Assembly (NCBI GenBank): GCA_013239625.1
Contig: MU053216.1
Coordinates: 1,888,943 to 1,952,942 of the forward strand
Origin: Lama guanicoe
Taxonomy: Eukaryota
Length of the DNA stretch: 64,000 nt
Direction of reading: 5' to 3'
The notes below the pieces were generated by a model. It did not search any database, was not told the origin of the DNA, and saw nothing but the letters and a program-made list of their open reading frames with translations. Position numbers and translations under genes: made by a program. Positions 26,861 through 40,905 of this stretch are shown here, one piece after another. Every line of letters begins with the position of its first letter. Position 1 is the first letter of the stretch.

Positions 26861-29308
26861 CGCCAGAAAGTAGAATTGGAAGCCCCAACGTTTTCATTAC
26901 CAAACTGGAACCAAGGACGGTGAGAACTTGCAAGGACCCAAAGGTCTCCTGGCCTGACCTGCTTTTGTATTTTTGCAGATGAGACAAAGGCTAAGAAAGA
27001 GGCAGCCCCACAGCTACAATGTATTAAAATGATAGTTTGTGGAATGAGATTCCAGATTCCTGTGTCTCATCTAGACCCCTCCCACTACATGTGACACCAA
27101 TCTTTCCTTTGGCTGTTGTGTAAAAGTCAGATTTTGTTTCATGTCCCTTAAAATAATTTCTCTGTGATGCAGAAACCTAATTACAAAAGATACCTATGTA
27201 TTTAAAAAAAAAACCCACAGAACATTTTATAATTATGGCCTTAGGCGTCTGCTGTTATGAATAAACATTAAAAGACTTCCCTTTGTGGATTAGAATTTGT
27301 TTTGATAAAAACGGCAGGAGGATGATGGATATGATGCCTTGAATTCTTGCTAAGTCTCCTTCCTGAAAAGGACGGTTTGTATGAGTGTCGTGTGACAGGG
27401 CGGCCTAATTTTTAAGCAGCTTTGCTGTACCTATTTCATTGCAAACACATTCTAAGCTTCTCTAGAAATTAATATTTAATTTGCTCAGATGAATCCATTG
27501 TCTCTTACGGTAACCGTGCGTTCATGGATGCGCCTCTGTAATATTCATGAAAATTTCCAACCAAGACCACGTCATGGCGCCTATGACCAGTAAGTATGCT
27601 TCTACTTAGTGCTGGATTATTTTGAATTCTCTATGCTTCCAAATTATTAAAAACAAAAACAAAGTAAAGCATATCAACCACTTCTCTGAATTCCCAGATA
27701 AAAGTCAGGCATGTAATATTTCCAGTAAATCACCTAAAATAGTCATTCCTTTCAGGAGGAAATGCTGGAACAAAAAAAAAAAAAAGGAAAAGATACTCTA
27801 ATAGTAAGTTACCCTACATTTTTTTTAATCCAGTAATGGTCTGTGACTTAAAACAAATAAAAGATGGTTAGCCTGCAGCCAAAAAGAAAAAAAAGAAAAG
27901 AAAAAAAGAAAAAAAATTCCTGGGCATGAATCACCGTTTACATTCTTTTCCATACACAAACAATTTCGTTTGGGAACCTTGCCAGGTAGTATCGACAGTG
28001 ACAACAAATGGCCTTGTCCCGTGAACATCTGTTTCCGACTCCCACACTGATACTGCGGGCTGAGCGCTGAGCGCTTGGTCGGTCTTCACAAGTCGCTGAG
28101 CCACAAAGGAACTGGAAATCACTGGTACGCTGAGGTTTTATTATTGGAACACAGGAAAACTTTATCATCATGCTGGGAAGTTCTGTATCTTTTGAAATAT
28201 TGGGACCGGGGTTATGTGAGCACATTAAGCCACGCAGAAGACTACTTCTGAAGAAAAGGGAGGAAAAAAATGGTTGCTGTGTGTTCCGTCCTTGGGTTGA
28301 AGTTCCCGCTCAATCTGCATGTAACTTCCTCACCCCGCCTCAACCGAAAACTGTTTTGTTTTCTAAAGATGTTATTGAGTTTGGTCTCTTGGTAAAATTG
28401 AGAGAAACGAATACCAAAGAAATTCTAAGTCAAACATGATAAATAAACACTATTGTTTCTTAACCAAAAAAAAAAAATCAAATGAAACCAGAACACTTTC
28501 ATATACAGTTTGAATTTTTTCTGAATTCAAACTAGTACTCGTGCATTTTCTGAAAACCTGACAAAGGGGCTATTGAAGACTCTTGATCAGAGTGTCCTCA
28601 CCTCGGTCCAAGCTGTTAAAAGGAGGAAGGCAAAGAGCTTCTGGGAGAAAAGTCAGTGTGGACGGGACACACGGAGGGGTGGACACAGGACACAGATGCA
28701 GGCTTGTGCCCTTGAAGCTGAACCCGGGCTGTGAGGGCGACGGCTTATGCTAAGCTGTCCGCAACCCTGCAAAGGCACGGGACAGGTTTCTACTCTTTTA
28801 CCCCTTTCTGTTTCGCATTTACTTATAACAAATGCAATCCTGGGAGTACAATGTATGCACAATGCTAATTCGAAATCAGTGTCTGCTCAAATTATCTGCA
28901 TACTCCAAACTAATTTGCATACTGCTGAGGCAGAGACGGCCCTCTTTCTGTGGTTAAACGTCAGCTCACTTTTATGAATGGAAGTGCTGGGAGGGGTATG
29001 CAATCAATGCCTGATTTGAATGTGTTTTTAAATGTTGCATTCTAAAAAGACCTGGCGGAACGTATTCTATAACACACTGTGCATCTTGTTTGACACGGCA
29101 CATAATAGGCACTCAAAAAACAACTGTTGAATAGATCACCTAGTGAAACAGTCACAGAGCCAGCTGTCCAACTGAAGATAGTGGAATAATAAATGTCTAC
29201 TGGAGAGAGAGAAATCTCATCCTTATTTTGCCTAAGAAAGATGATCTCTTTCACCAGAAAACCCATAGTTTGTGCATAAGTAACTTATGTTTTAAAAAAT
29301 AATCTGCT

Positions 29309-29443
29309 GGGGGGAGGGTGTAGCTCGGTGTAGAGCATGTGCTTAGCATGCACGAGGTCCTGGGTTCATCCCCAGTGCCTCAATTTTAAAAAATTACTAA
29401 ATAAAGGCCTAATTATATCCCCCCAAAATTAAAAAAAATCTGT
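29309..29443 (+). mobile_element. tRNA-Ala-derived SINE (Vic-1-like) with target-site duplication
   Basis: TSD aaaaaataatct(g/a)ct at 29294-29308 and 29444-29458. Confidence 0.92.
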
Positions 29444-31747
29444 AAAAAATAATCTACTAATACTAAATACTGCATCTTCATAAAGTTATATCCTGAAAAT
29501 CACCACAAATAAGACTCTTTAAAAAATAATTACTATCATTACTACTTATGGGAAAATATGTCTGTATCTGGGGGAGTTTTTTTTTCTTCATTTGATTCTG
29601 GTCCCTACTAATTAAAAACAGAAACAAAAACAAACTACTGGTGATTTGTGCTCCTGTCACTTACCTACAGTTCCGTAATCAGTTCTCATCACTGTAATTG
29701 CACTCATCATTAGTTATTAAAAAAAACTTTAACAGGCAATGGGAAATTAGCAAATAGACCAGTGCTATTCCTGCAGGTAATCCTTTGCTCTGGAAAACAA
29801 GATAAAATAGAAACCTGTCATACGTGTTCTGCAGGAATAGCAGCCTGTGTTCACACTGCCTTTTATGCTTTGCAGCTCACTTCGATCGTGCCATTGGCTC
29901 CTCACCAGACCCTTTCCTCCCTTTTCACAGACCGGGCATCCTTCAAGATTGTGTTGATTCGCATGACCCCGTCTCTGCAAGGCTTTCCTCGGCGCCCTCC
30001 CCTAGACGGAGCAGCTCTGCCCTGCGCCCCTGCCAGGGGTCTTCTCTACGGTACCTTCTCTGTAAACTCCAGGTCTGTTCCCCAAGCCGCGCGTGGCCTT
30101 GAGTGGGAACCTGGTGTTTCTACTCACCTGTATCCCTACGTCTCACTGTTGGGCCCACAGTACTGGGTGCTCAGCCAGGAAACCGCGGCCCGCGGATGCA
30201 TAAATGCTTTGGCCCAAGTCATAGCGCTCAGGTGACCCTGAGACCCGACTCCTGGTCCAGGGCTGTCCACTGGGCCCCCCGCCCCCTTCCAACTTCAGCT
30301 GCATTAACTGACCCTCTAGAGATGCAATCTGATAATAACCAAATAAGTTAACAAAAAAGCAAGCCACCAGTGCTGCTTTTAGTAAGGAAGTAAAGATAAA
30401 ATTCTTCATCACACCTCGTGTCACCCAGAGGAAACGTCAGCCTGCCAATTTTACAAACATGCCAGTAAAAGAATTTCCTTGGCAAACGGACAGCATGGAA
30501 ATGCCCTATTTAAAAAATCAATTAACCCCCTAAACTCATGAGCTTGCTAGCAATATTTCCTATGCCATGGAATACAAGGCTCTGAGATGCCTTTCCCCGT
30601 TTCTATTTCTGGAATCTTCTTTTGTTCATACAAGCTAATAATAGCGACAGGGTAGGGGTATTATTTATAGTCCGGAGAGCAGTGGGACTCTGTGAACACT
30701 TTATTCATTTATATTTCCTGTGTTTATTATTATCCTACCTTTTTGGTAATTAAAAGTGTCCCTCCAAGACTTTATTTAGTAACAAATCACCTGTAAATAG
30801 ATTTTCTTTTAATATATGAAAGCCTATATTTAGATTCAATAAAATATTTTACTCCCATTTCTGATTAACTAAAAACAGATTTCAATGGGCGGGGTGGGGG
30901 AGGGGTGTGCAATTGTGTTTTCTTTCCGAATTTTATATGAAATATTATTATTTGACCTTTGGTGTTTTGATTAAAAGAATCTCACTTTATGTGGCAGCTC
31001 ATGTGTTCTCAAACAGTTCAAAGTTTGCCTTTTGATGCTGAAGCAAAGTTGCCATTATAACTAACCCACAAGGAATGTATTAATCAGACTGTAATTTTAA
31101 AACATACCTGATTGCTATATAATATGGTTAAAAAATATAATATTAAAAAAATGCCTCCTCTTCTCCCCACCCCCAACCCCCAAACTGCTTGCTGGAAAAC
31201 GGTGTCTCTATGAATGGTTCCACCTTAGGAATTCCCTTTAGAGCCAATGGGTTTTCTGCTATAAGAAGCATCTAAAACCAGAAAGATCAATTTTCTCAGA
31301 TTTACTTCTGCTATTTCTTTACCTTGATTTTTGATGAGTTACAGCCTATTGCTTCATAAGGATTTCCTTGCAAAGACAGTCATGAGGATGAATCAATTTC
31401 TCCCCAGAACCCAAGACGACAGAAACGCACATTCTGCCAACCTGAGCCGGTATCCCGTGTCCACGGAGCCCTTTAAACCCAACACAGACCGCTTTCACCA
31501 CAAAGTCAAAGTCAGTGCAGTCCACGTGCATCTGCTTCTAAACTGATCAACTTTTAAGACCTTCAGAAAAGAATACCTGCTAAATACTATGATTGGCTCT
31601 GCCTCAGGGTAGCGGGATGCCGAGCAGCCCTGGCGCACCAGCTCCTGCGGCCTCCCCAGGTATCAGCTCTGCTTTCCAGCACAGCCTGGAAGTCCACTGG
31701 GACGGAGACAGCTACATTTGGTTTCTTTTTTTTTAATCAAAAATGGT

Positions 31748-31958
31748 CTGTTTCTCAAAAAACTATAAATAGAACTACCATATGACCCAGCAATTTCACT
31801 CCTGGGTATATATCCAAAAAAACCCAGAAGCACTAATTCAAAGATACACGTACCCAGTGTTCACAAAAGCACGATTTACCACAGCCAAGACATGGAAGCA
31901 ACCTCAGTGTCTATCCACAGATGACTGGATAAAGAAGATGTGGTGTGTACGCACGCGT

Positions 31959-31999
<41 letters not shown>

Positions 32000-32343
32000 A
32001 ATACTACTCAGCCATAAAAACAGAACAAAATTTTGCCATTTGTGGCAACATGGATGGACTCAGAGGATATCATGCTAAGTGAAATAAGTCAGGCAGAGAA
32101 AGACAAGTACTGTGTGATATCACTTATATGCAGAATCTAAAAAATAACAACTAGTGAATAAAACAAAAAAGCAGCAGACTCACAGATACAGAGAACAAAC
32201 TAGTGGTGACCAGTGGGGAGGGGGAAGGGGGAGGGGCAACATGGGGTGGGGGGAGTGTTATTATGGGATTATGTGAAATCAGGTGTGTGAAACTTTGCAA
32301 AGCACTATAGAATTTAAAGAGTCTTTCATTCAATTAAAAAAAA
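31748..32343 (+). mobile_element. 5'-truncated L1 of a different 3' UTR subfamily, with an internal (CA)n
   Basis: ELPYDPAISLLGIY and AKTWKQPQCLSTDDWIKKMW motifs; 3' UTR differs from the other copies. Confidence 0.9.
31962..31997. repeat. (CA)n microsatellite, about 18 units
   Basis: Read directly from the sequence. Confidence 0.95.
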
Positions 32344-33404
32344 GTGAATATCAAATGAAAACAAAATAGTCCATTTAGAGACACAATCAGCAGTTAATTA
32401 GAGCATTCAATCTCGAAAGCTCTCTTTTAATAATTTTTTTTAACTTCTCTGCTGTGAAACTGATCGAACCAAGAGTCAGGAAAAGTGGGAGCAATTATGT
32501 AAACATTTATTCATCAAGTCTCAGTATGGGCTAGCTTAACAACTGGACTGGCCTAACACCCAACTGTAATGGAACAATCGATCCTGGGCACCACTGTTGT
32601 TTCAAGTGCCCCCCTTCAATGCGTTTTTGCCTCGTGTTTTGTTTTGATAGAGTTAAGCTAAATAAAACCTCCTGCAAAAACACATGAAGTAGTATCTTGC
32701 GGGTGTAAGCTCCTCTCTCTGAAAGCACTCTGTCTGGTACACTTGACTCAGAAATCTGAGGACGTCAGGCCGCGTGGCTCTATAAACGATGTGACTGAGC
32801 TCTGGTTTCTTACCGGGCAGCCATCTGGGTAAATAAGTCCTCCCCAAAGAAAGAAACGGCTCAAAAAGACCATCTCATCAAAGGACAGGAGTCTGGGAAA
32901 GTAGGCAGTTTTGTTCTCATTTCAAGAAACAAATTCATTTTCTCTCTCTTATTGCAAAGGATGCCATCGCACTTCTCCTGTTCCCTACGAATTCTTTCCA
33001 GTAAATGGCAGGTCTGCAGACACAGGCTGACCGTCGCCACTGCTCATATTCGCAGGTAGCCAGGTGGGGCAACTCCCCACGGAGCTGGATCCAGCAACTT
33101 AAACCAGCTCTCATCCAGACTTATCTACGCATTCAAATTTAGGAAAGATTTTCTATTAAATATCATTATGTAGGGGCAGTCCATGAAATCTCCTGATCAT
33201 TTTATTTGAAGGATATTCTTGACTTTTTTTTTGGATTATTAAGAAATAAAAGCCATAAGACACACTATGCCTTGGCTAGTACAATTTGCTAGACTGCCTT
33301 CTCTCTCGACCTTAGTTACTCCTCAATACAGAATTCCACAGCAAATGCACATACTCACCTACACATACTCCTTTGGTCCCTTGTACAAGTAATAAGTTAG
33401 TTTA

Positions 33405-33580
33405 TCTCAGCTCTATTGACACATATAATTGACATATGAAATTGTGAGAAATTTAAAGTGTGCATTGTGGCGATCTGATATGTTTACATATTGAAAGGAC
33501 TTCCCGTATCTGGTTAATGAACATAACCATCCATTCATTGACTTATTTTTTGTTTTGGCAAGAACGTTTAAGTTCTTCCG
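33405..33580 (-). mobile_element. Older L1 3' end fragment
   Basis: cagctctattgacacatataattgacatat...tttaaagtg pattern typical of reverse-oriented L1M 3' ends. Confidence 0.6.
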
Positions 33581-34479
33581 CACATTTTATGTGGTCATAC
33601 TACCTCACAAATGAAAAACACTTGAGAAATTGAGTTCACTTTTTTTTTGTAATATTAGGAGTAAAATTCTCTTTTTAAAAACTTCTCAAAACCTTCTAAA
33701 ATTATTTCTAACTCTGAGCTCTTGAGAGTAAACTCCTCATGGAGACGTTCCCCCACATCCCATGTTAAAGCCAACAAGAGTCCCACGGAGAGGTAACCAC
33801 CTATGGACAAGTGCATGGTACTGAGACCTAATTAGAGATTATATTTTCCAATATTCCTCCTAATTAACCACTTAAGAATTCGAGTCTTTTCACTCAGCTG
33901 TGTAAGTCAAGACTAGGTAAACAAAATCAAGCAGGAAGTGTGTGATTCTTTAAGACTTTATTATGTGATTCATCCTAAGAACAGACAAACTGAATTTCTG
34001 TAGTCTGAGGACCCCCACACCTTTGTTTCACGTTCCATCATCTCACAACAGGAAACCCCGCATCTCTGACATCACTGTGACACCAGCATGCACAGAAAGT
34101 AATACTGCCATTGGAGAGTACGAATTCCTTATAAACCCTTTGTCAAAACTGAACTAGAACTTACAACACTTCCTATTTAAATTGGCTGGATACACGTATG
34201 AGACATTTCTTAGGGCAAGGAGAGTGGAAGAGAAGGAACAGAAACATGTGTGGGTTCAGCCAGGCAGGTGAGTCCAGGTGAGGAGGAGGTGGAACAGGTG
34301 AGGCAGAACGGCCAGAGAGCATCTAACGATGCTGTGGTCACGTCTTCAGTCCGCAGGCAGGGCTGCCTTGACTGTCCCATTGTAGTCGGGACGAGAGCGC
34401 TGACCCCATGTGAGACCTGCTCTGGCTCTCACCCTGGGCTCTGCTTTCCGGGCTGCGTCCCGCTGGTTCCGCACCTTTT

Positions 34480-34899
34480 GTAAAAGAAAGTTGCCTGGAG
34501 CCTGAAAGCTACAGGAGAGCCCCTTCTCAAGGCGCTGACCTTTAGGGCAGGACACGTTCCCACTCATGTAGGGATAGTAAGTTGCAGAACAGAGGATAAC
34601 ATTTGTCTTGTTGGAGACTTACAGGAACATCGTGACCTGACCCACGCGGACAGCTGCAAGAACAAAGGACTCTGACTCCAAGAAGTTTGCAACAACCAGC
34701 CACACCCTCCCCCCTCCCTTTTAGTGTAAAAGGAGCCTGAATTCTGACTTGGAGAACATGGTTCTCCAGGACATGAGCCCTGGGTCTTTTCAGTCTACTG
34801 GCTTTCCGAATAACAGTGGTTGTTCCTTGTGCCAACACCTCGCCTCCCAATTTACTGGCCTGTCACATGGCAAGCAGAACGAGTCTGGACTCGGTTACA
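34480..34899 (+). mobile_element. Probable solo ERV LTR (ERV1-like)
   Basis: TATA-like tgtaaaag, poly(A)-signal-like aataac and terminal ggactcggttaca. Confidence 0.6.
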
Positions 34900-36599
34900 T
34901 GGTGACCTATGAGGAATTATTTTTAGAAAGAAAAAAGCCCCGTAAAGCTGTCTGGGCTTCGTTCGCGCTTTATCCAGTTGGGCAGTCCACACTTACACCT
35001 TTCAGACCACCGTGCAGATTGTCAGCTCTTTCCCCACTCCCCTCTGCTCTTCCCCTACACAGGAAGTACCTTGGCTGAACCTCAGATCAGAGGCACTGTG
35101 ACCTGAAACCAACCCACAAGCTTAAGCTTCTAGCACCTTCCCACGTGTGAGCCCTTTCCCAGGCTCTTGAGGGACCCAAGCAACTGTGAGTGCAAGGGCT
35201 AACGTTTTTATAAAATGTGCAAAGGGGAAGATATTTTGGCTTTTTTTTTTCCACTGAGAGCTTCCTAACGCTCACTGGCTCCAGGGTCACAAAGCTGAGG
35301 CCAGTCTGTGCTGTTGGTGACCGCGGGCTGGCGCCGTCAGGGCCGGCAAGAAGTTTGTTCACTTGCAGAGATACAGACAAAACAGTATCAGGGTGTTTTT
35401 TTTTACCCCAATGCCTAGAAATAAACTCTGTAAGGTCTGAAGTGGTGGGAAACCAAGTGCTTTCAGTAGATGGAACACTCACCGCTCTTGGCGGGGATAC
35501 TGATTCTGCTATGACCACCATACTCATGGCCGTCTATGATTTTCTAGATGAATCTCAATTTGTTTTATAATCCAGACTCCGCCCACTGCTTTGCGCTGGC
35601 GGGGAGAGAAGTGTTGGTAACTGAGTTACCACAGAAAAGAAAGTTAAAGTTCTTAGAAGGGCAACAAAGGTAGTTAAAGGATTGGAGATAAGGCTTAGAA
35701 AGAATATTTAAAATAACTAGCAATTTCCTCCTTCTGAAAAAGGAGTTCTTCAACATCTAGGCAGTGACTCAAACTTCGGGTCAAATGTTTCTAGAGAACC
35801 CGTACTGAAGTGAGAGGTGCTTTTAGAGGGCTGACGGTCTACACTTTTGAACCAAGGGTCCGAGGCGCCTCTCTCTCTTCAGTTCAGAGCTGATCTCGGT
35901 CTGGGGAGGTCGCGTGGGGCCGAGCACTGGCCGACCTCAGACCCTCAGTTCCAGGGGTGCCCCTCCGGCCAATTCGCATCCTGGTCAGCTTGTGTTGGCA
36001 GAGGGTCCAGTTTTCACTAGGCTCCTCCATCTCAATGACCGAAATGAGTTTGGGTCCCTTAATGACAGAAGATTTTTAGGTTTTCATGTAGCTGCAACTC
36101 AGTAAAGGGTTAGAATCAAGCTGAGGGCATCCTCCTGTTTGGACTTCCCTGACCGCACGTGACGCATCTGCACAAAAAAGGACCTACGCTGCATAACAAA
36201 GAAGACTCTGACTGCTGCTAAGCAGATTGCAGGGGCGTCCAGAACCCCGGCCTTTTAGAAGAGCTGGATTCTCACCTGCCTGCGGTGCCTTAGCTGTGTG
36301 CACGGAATAAAAACAGGGCCCAGAATCATCAGTGGTTCCCAAAGCGGGCATCTGAGGACCAGTGCTGGCATCTGTGTCTATGTGTTCCAGGAGCTTTAAG
36401 GACATTTGCAAGCCCTGCTCCCAGAGATTCCGGTCCCTCTTCCTTCTCAAAACATGGCTCTCAGGGGCTCAGCCCAAAAACCCACGCTATGCCTGACTCC
36501 TCCCTTTCTCCCTTTCTGGCAAGTTCTGTCTGCTCTACCTCAGCACGTGTCCTGGGCCACCCACATCTCCCGGCCCCTGCCGTCAAGGGAGTCCTGGGT

Positions 36600-37165
36600 C
36601 TCCTACTTTCTTGCTTCCCCCCAACCCATCTCCCACCTACAGCCAGGGCAACAGTTCTTACAAGGAGAATGTGATGAAGACACTCCCCTGCTTAAAATCC
36701 TCCAGGGGTTCCATCCCCAACAGGAGAAGATCCGAGCCCTGCAAGGGCCGGACCTTGCCAAACCCTTGTCTCCACGCACACCGGAACTAGCAAGCTAGTT
36801 TCCACCTCGGGGCCTTTGCAGGCTTGCTGCTCCTGTGCCTGGACTGCTGTGTCTCCAGACTTGGCAAGCCTGGTCCTTCCCACTATTTAGATTTCAGTTT
36901 CAGTGTCAACTCTTCATGTCTGCCTTCTCTGAAGCCTCTCACTGTTCCCTCCCTCCCTCCACACACCCTACTCACTCCCGGGCTCTATGTCTTCACATTT
37001 TCTGTCTTGGCTTGTTCACCATCTGCTTCCCCCTCACTACAATGTGGGCATCCACAAAAACAGTGTCCTTGTCGGTCCTGTTCACTACAGCATCCCCTGG
37101 TCTACACAGGGCGTGGCACCTGGTGGGTATTTAATTAACATGTGTTGAGTGAGTGAGTGAGTGAA
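36600..37165 (+). mobile_element. L2 relic (3' region); further L2-like pieces near 30-170, 5880-5980, 17300-17760, 21000-21095 and 38220-38400
   Basis: cactcccctgcttaaaatcctcca...ggcctttgca...ttgttcact...tggcac and a terminal (GAGT/GAAT)n tail. Confidence 0.65.
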
Positions 37166-37837
37166 TCATCAGGTTGAAGGTGGGACCTTGGAACCAGTAA
37201 TGTTAAAAGGTGGTATGTGATGACTTCAGGCACCCTGGCCTGTAGAGCCCCCTCCCTGACAGCAATGTGGGTATAACTAGAAGGCTGCTGTGGCCCCATG
37301 AAACCAACGACTATGAAATGAACAGCAACAGATCCATGTACGGTTGAAAAGGAAAAACTTTCTGGTCAGAAAGTAGGTGATACGGAAACAATTTTAAAAT
37401 GGCACCTTTGTTTAAATGAAACATGAAACAAGGCCCAAGACCTCGAATACACCTGCGTCCCCGGTAACTGGCACTTCCCGAGAAGGAGAAAGCCATCCGC
37501 AGGCCCCCTTCACGGCGCCGCTGACAGAGCTCCCGCGGGCGCGAGAAGGAAACGTGGCAGTGCGCGCCAGCTAAGTGCTGGGAGGCCAGAGACGATGCCA
37601 CCAAAGTGAAATCGCGAAATGAGACAGCAGGCGCAAGTCCAACAGCCACTGTGCTGTGTTTCCAGCCCCCCGGGTCACCTCGCCCCTTCTCAGCTTCCTC
37701 TGGTGGCTTCTCTTTGCTTCGTATACGATCCACATGTGAGAGGAGCCTTAGGTGAGCAATCCCGCTCAGCAGCCCAGCCTTCCCCCCTGCGGGCTCCCTC
37801 CGCGCTCCTTCCTCGCCACGGGAGTTAGGCACAGATC

Positions 37838-37894
37838 CCCAGGCCTCGTGTTTCTGCACAAGGATGGTGCCCAGGCCTTGTGTTTCTGCACAAG
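37838..37894. repeat. Short tandem duplication (25 bp match, 32 bp period)
   Basis: cccaggcct(c/t)gtgtttctgcacaag occurs twice. Confidence 0.85.
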
Positions 37895-39544
37895 CTGTTC
37901 CCTGCTGCTGACACCTCCCTGACCCCACCTCCACTTCTTTCTGCTTGTTCATCTGGTTCCCAACTCCTACTCATCCCCCAGGATGCCCCCCTCCCCTGAC
38001 CAGCCTCACTCCTAGTCCATGCCAGGCGCCCCCCAAGAGCTTACATGACATTCCGGACTGATGCCATGTTTCTCAGGGCGTGCCCTGTTGTCAATGAGAC
38101 TACAACTGTATTTTCCAGTTCCAGTCTCATCTCCAGCATCAGTGGAAGCCCGGTCAGAACCGCCTGCGCGCCCGTCGCAAAGAGCTGCACCAGCTTTCAG
38201 CATCGGAGCCTGCTGGGGTGCCTGGCCTACTGTGATGGAGAAGAGTGCCCCCCACAGGGGATGTAACGTGCGTCGGTGAGGCCCGCTTTTGTCTCATCTG
38301 CAGCAACGTCGCACGGGGGTGGGGGGGCTTGATTCACAGCGGGAGCTCAGTACATGTTTGACACCTGAGCGAGCAAACGAGTGAATTCGTAAACGAATAC
38401 AAACTGAATGTGTCCTAATCCTGGGTCACAACCAATCGTTTAGGCCAGAACTGCTTTACGGATATCTTGGGAGTGGGAGTCAACCCGGAAGAAAACTGCC
38501 ACATCCTGATGAATGAAATGCAGGCCTGATGTGACTCGATTCTATGCAAAAGCTAACCCTCCGTTGGAATCATCCACACACATGACTGCAGTGAAGTGAC
38601 GTTTTCAAGATCATGAGATGTCATTGATAAAACCGTAAAAGGCATTCTCGGTGGTCAAATAAAGGTCCTTCGGAAGCATTCACACCACAAATCCCAAACC
38701 GAGGGCAAACTATCCACGCTTGTAAGGCATGAGAGCGAGGCTGTTGTTCCCACTGCAAAGCCCCCTATAAACACAAACATGACTGTGCCCCAGCCTCCGC
38801 CCTCCTGAATTTACTTGCCAAACAGATCCAGAATTTCTTTTCTCCAAAACCGGGGCAGGAATCAATTAAAATGTCTAATGCTGTGTTAACTAGCTAATAC
38901 AGCAATTAGCACGAAGGGGCATTTCAAGCCTCGGAGTTTTCAGCAGCAGAGCCGTTTCATTCACTCTGTAAGATCTGTGATTGAAAGAATACTGTGAGAG
39001 ACGCCTTTCATCAGCTCCATGAGTGACACTTCCTGCTTTGATAACCGGACAAGGAAAATCTAAGGCCCTGCAAGCTACCCAATTACATTTGATTAGTGAG
39101 TCAAAATAATCTAACAGCTTTTCATCACCCAGAGAAAAACTTTTGAAGAACGCTGTTGCCCACGCTTCTGCACAAACACTAATCTCTATCATTATTTTAC
39201 AAGGGGGAATGTAATATTTAGTAAGTTATTTTTTTAATTAGACAATAGGCAGAGCCTCTTATCCATCATAACTTTAGATCAAAGCACAACGGGGGTGTGA
39301 GGATGAGTGTGGTGAAGGAGCACGCACGACTTCAGAGCGGACGGGGTACAGGGGTCCAAGTTAAACAGGTCTGAGAACGAGCCCACGTTTCAGGGAACAC
39401 ATCTGAAAACAGACTATGCACTCAAAGCCCTGTGACGTGTACAGACAAGCTCTGCCCGGGAGAACCACATGGGACCCAAAACCCACGTGTGCACGGACTT
39501 CATCTCTACCAAATGATTCCCCATTCCTTCCAGGAATTCACATC

Positions 39545-39835
39545 GCCTTCTCCATCCATCCTCCCCCTTACAGGGTTCGGGTACCCTCCCTGGCCCTCCA
39601 CATTCCACCTGCAGGGAGAGGGCAGATGCCCGGAGGATGGGGTGAGCCACCACGCGGTCCCAGGGGCCACACTGCTGTGCACAGCGATGCCTGCAGCTGC
39701 CTCTGAAGAGCCTGAGGTGTCACAAGGAAGAGAAGCCACGTGAGTGAGGAAAGAGAAGGGGAGACTAGGCAGAGAGGAAAGGAGAGATGGAGGTGGAGGG
39801 AAGTCGAGAAGATAAAGAAAACGATGCAGGAGGTC
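39545..39835 (+). repeat. Direct duplication, copy 1 (partner at 41226-41506)
   Basis: Manual alignment; the ORF track also shows the same peptide SPSILPLTGFGYPPWPSTFHLQGEGRC in both copies. Confidence 0.97.
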
Positions 39836-40152
39836 CGGCCCCTGTATCACATCGGGAACACTGCTCGAGAAGTCGCTGGAAACATCACTGTGAGAGTTTT
39901 CAGACGACCAATTAGCAATTTCCTGTTGCTTCAAAGTAAAGACGTATCTGTGCTGCCTTTACCCCAAGAAGACCCCTCCTCCACGTCTTGAGCATGTTTC
40001 TTCCACAGGGAACTAGAACCTTTCATGCCCATAAAATATGTTTTTAATTCCAATGAAATAATTATACTGCCCTCCAAGGTAAAGTACTCTGTAAACAGGG
40101 TATTTAGAAGTGTGATGGTCAACTCACAAGAGGTGGTTCTCCTGTAGACTTT

Positions 40153-40312
40153 ATTTTTTAAATTAATTTATTGTTTTCATTCTTTTTTCAGGGGGTAGGT
40201 AATTAGGTTTATTTGTTTGTTTATTTTTTTTTTGTGGAGGCACTGGGGATTGAACCCCGGACCTTGTGAGCATGCTAAGCACCCGCTCTACCACTGAGCT
40301 CTACCCTCCCCC
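40153..40312 (-). mobile_element. tRNA-Ala-derived SINE (Vic-1-like)
   Basis: Reverse-complement body and tail; flanking ctgtagac repeats near 40142 and 40318. Confidence 0.9.
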
Positions 40313-40804
40313 TCCTGCTGTAGACGTTAAAAACCAACAGCATGAGCCACTCAGGAAAGGCCAGTGACCTCCCCGCTCCCCAGTGAAAGACAGAGGCCAG
40401 GGTCTGAGGGTCTGCTCCGCCTTTGCAATGCTTTTATTGTGCAATGAAGGGCAGACTTTAGACCTATTGGCCAATGATCCCACCGGCCAGGTAAAGAAAA
40501 AGCATTCAGACAGAATTAGAAGTCAGATCCAGTTGGCTGTAAAGTTAATCCTGAATGTTGCTCAATCCTAGCGACATTTCTAAATATTCCAGATAATGTG
40601 TTTTCTTCTGGTTTCCTGAGGCATGGACGGCGGCAGGCCCAAGATCCCTGTGTGCCCAGGTTTCCAAAATCTCTCCCCAGGTGTCACGCGATCCCCGTGG
40701 GGCACGCCACTACGTGAAGAATTTAGAGAACTGGCCCTGATAGGTCTGAAATGCGGCATTTGAAAACGATTTCCAGGGAGGAAGTTAAAAATGAGGGCAA
40801 CGTT

Positions 40805-40905
40805 GGGGGAGGGTGTGGCTCAGTGGCAGAGTGCGTGCTTAGCAAGCGCGAGGTCCTGGGTTCCATCCCCAGCACCTCCATTAAATAAATAAATCTTTAA
40901 AAAAA
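40805..40905 (+). mobile_element. tRNA-Ala-derived SINE (Vic-1-like, short tail)
   Basis: A and B boxes; degenerate TSD aaaaatgagggcaacgtt / aaaaatggagggaaatgtt. Confidence 0.9.

Noticed and set aside
37311..37952. 213-aa minus-strand intronic ORF
   Set aside because: No recognisable homology; it spans a short tandem duplication and a GC-rich patch, so it is probably a chance ORF.
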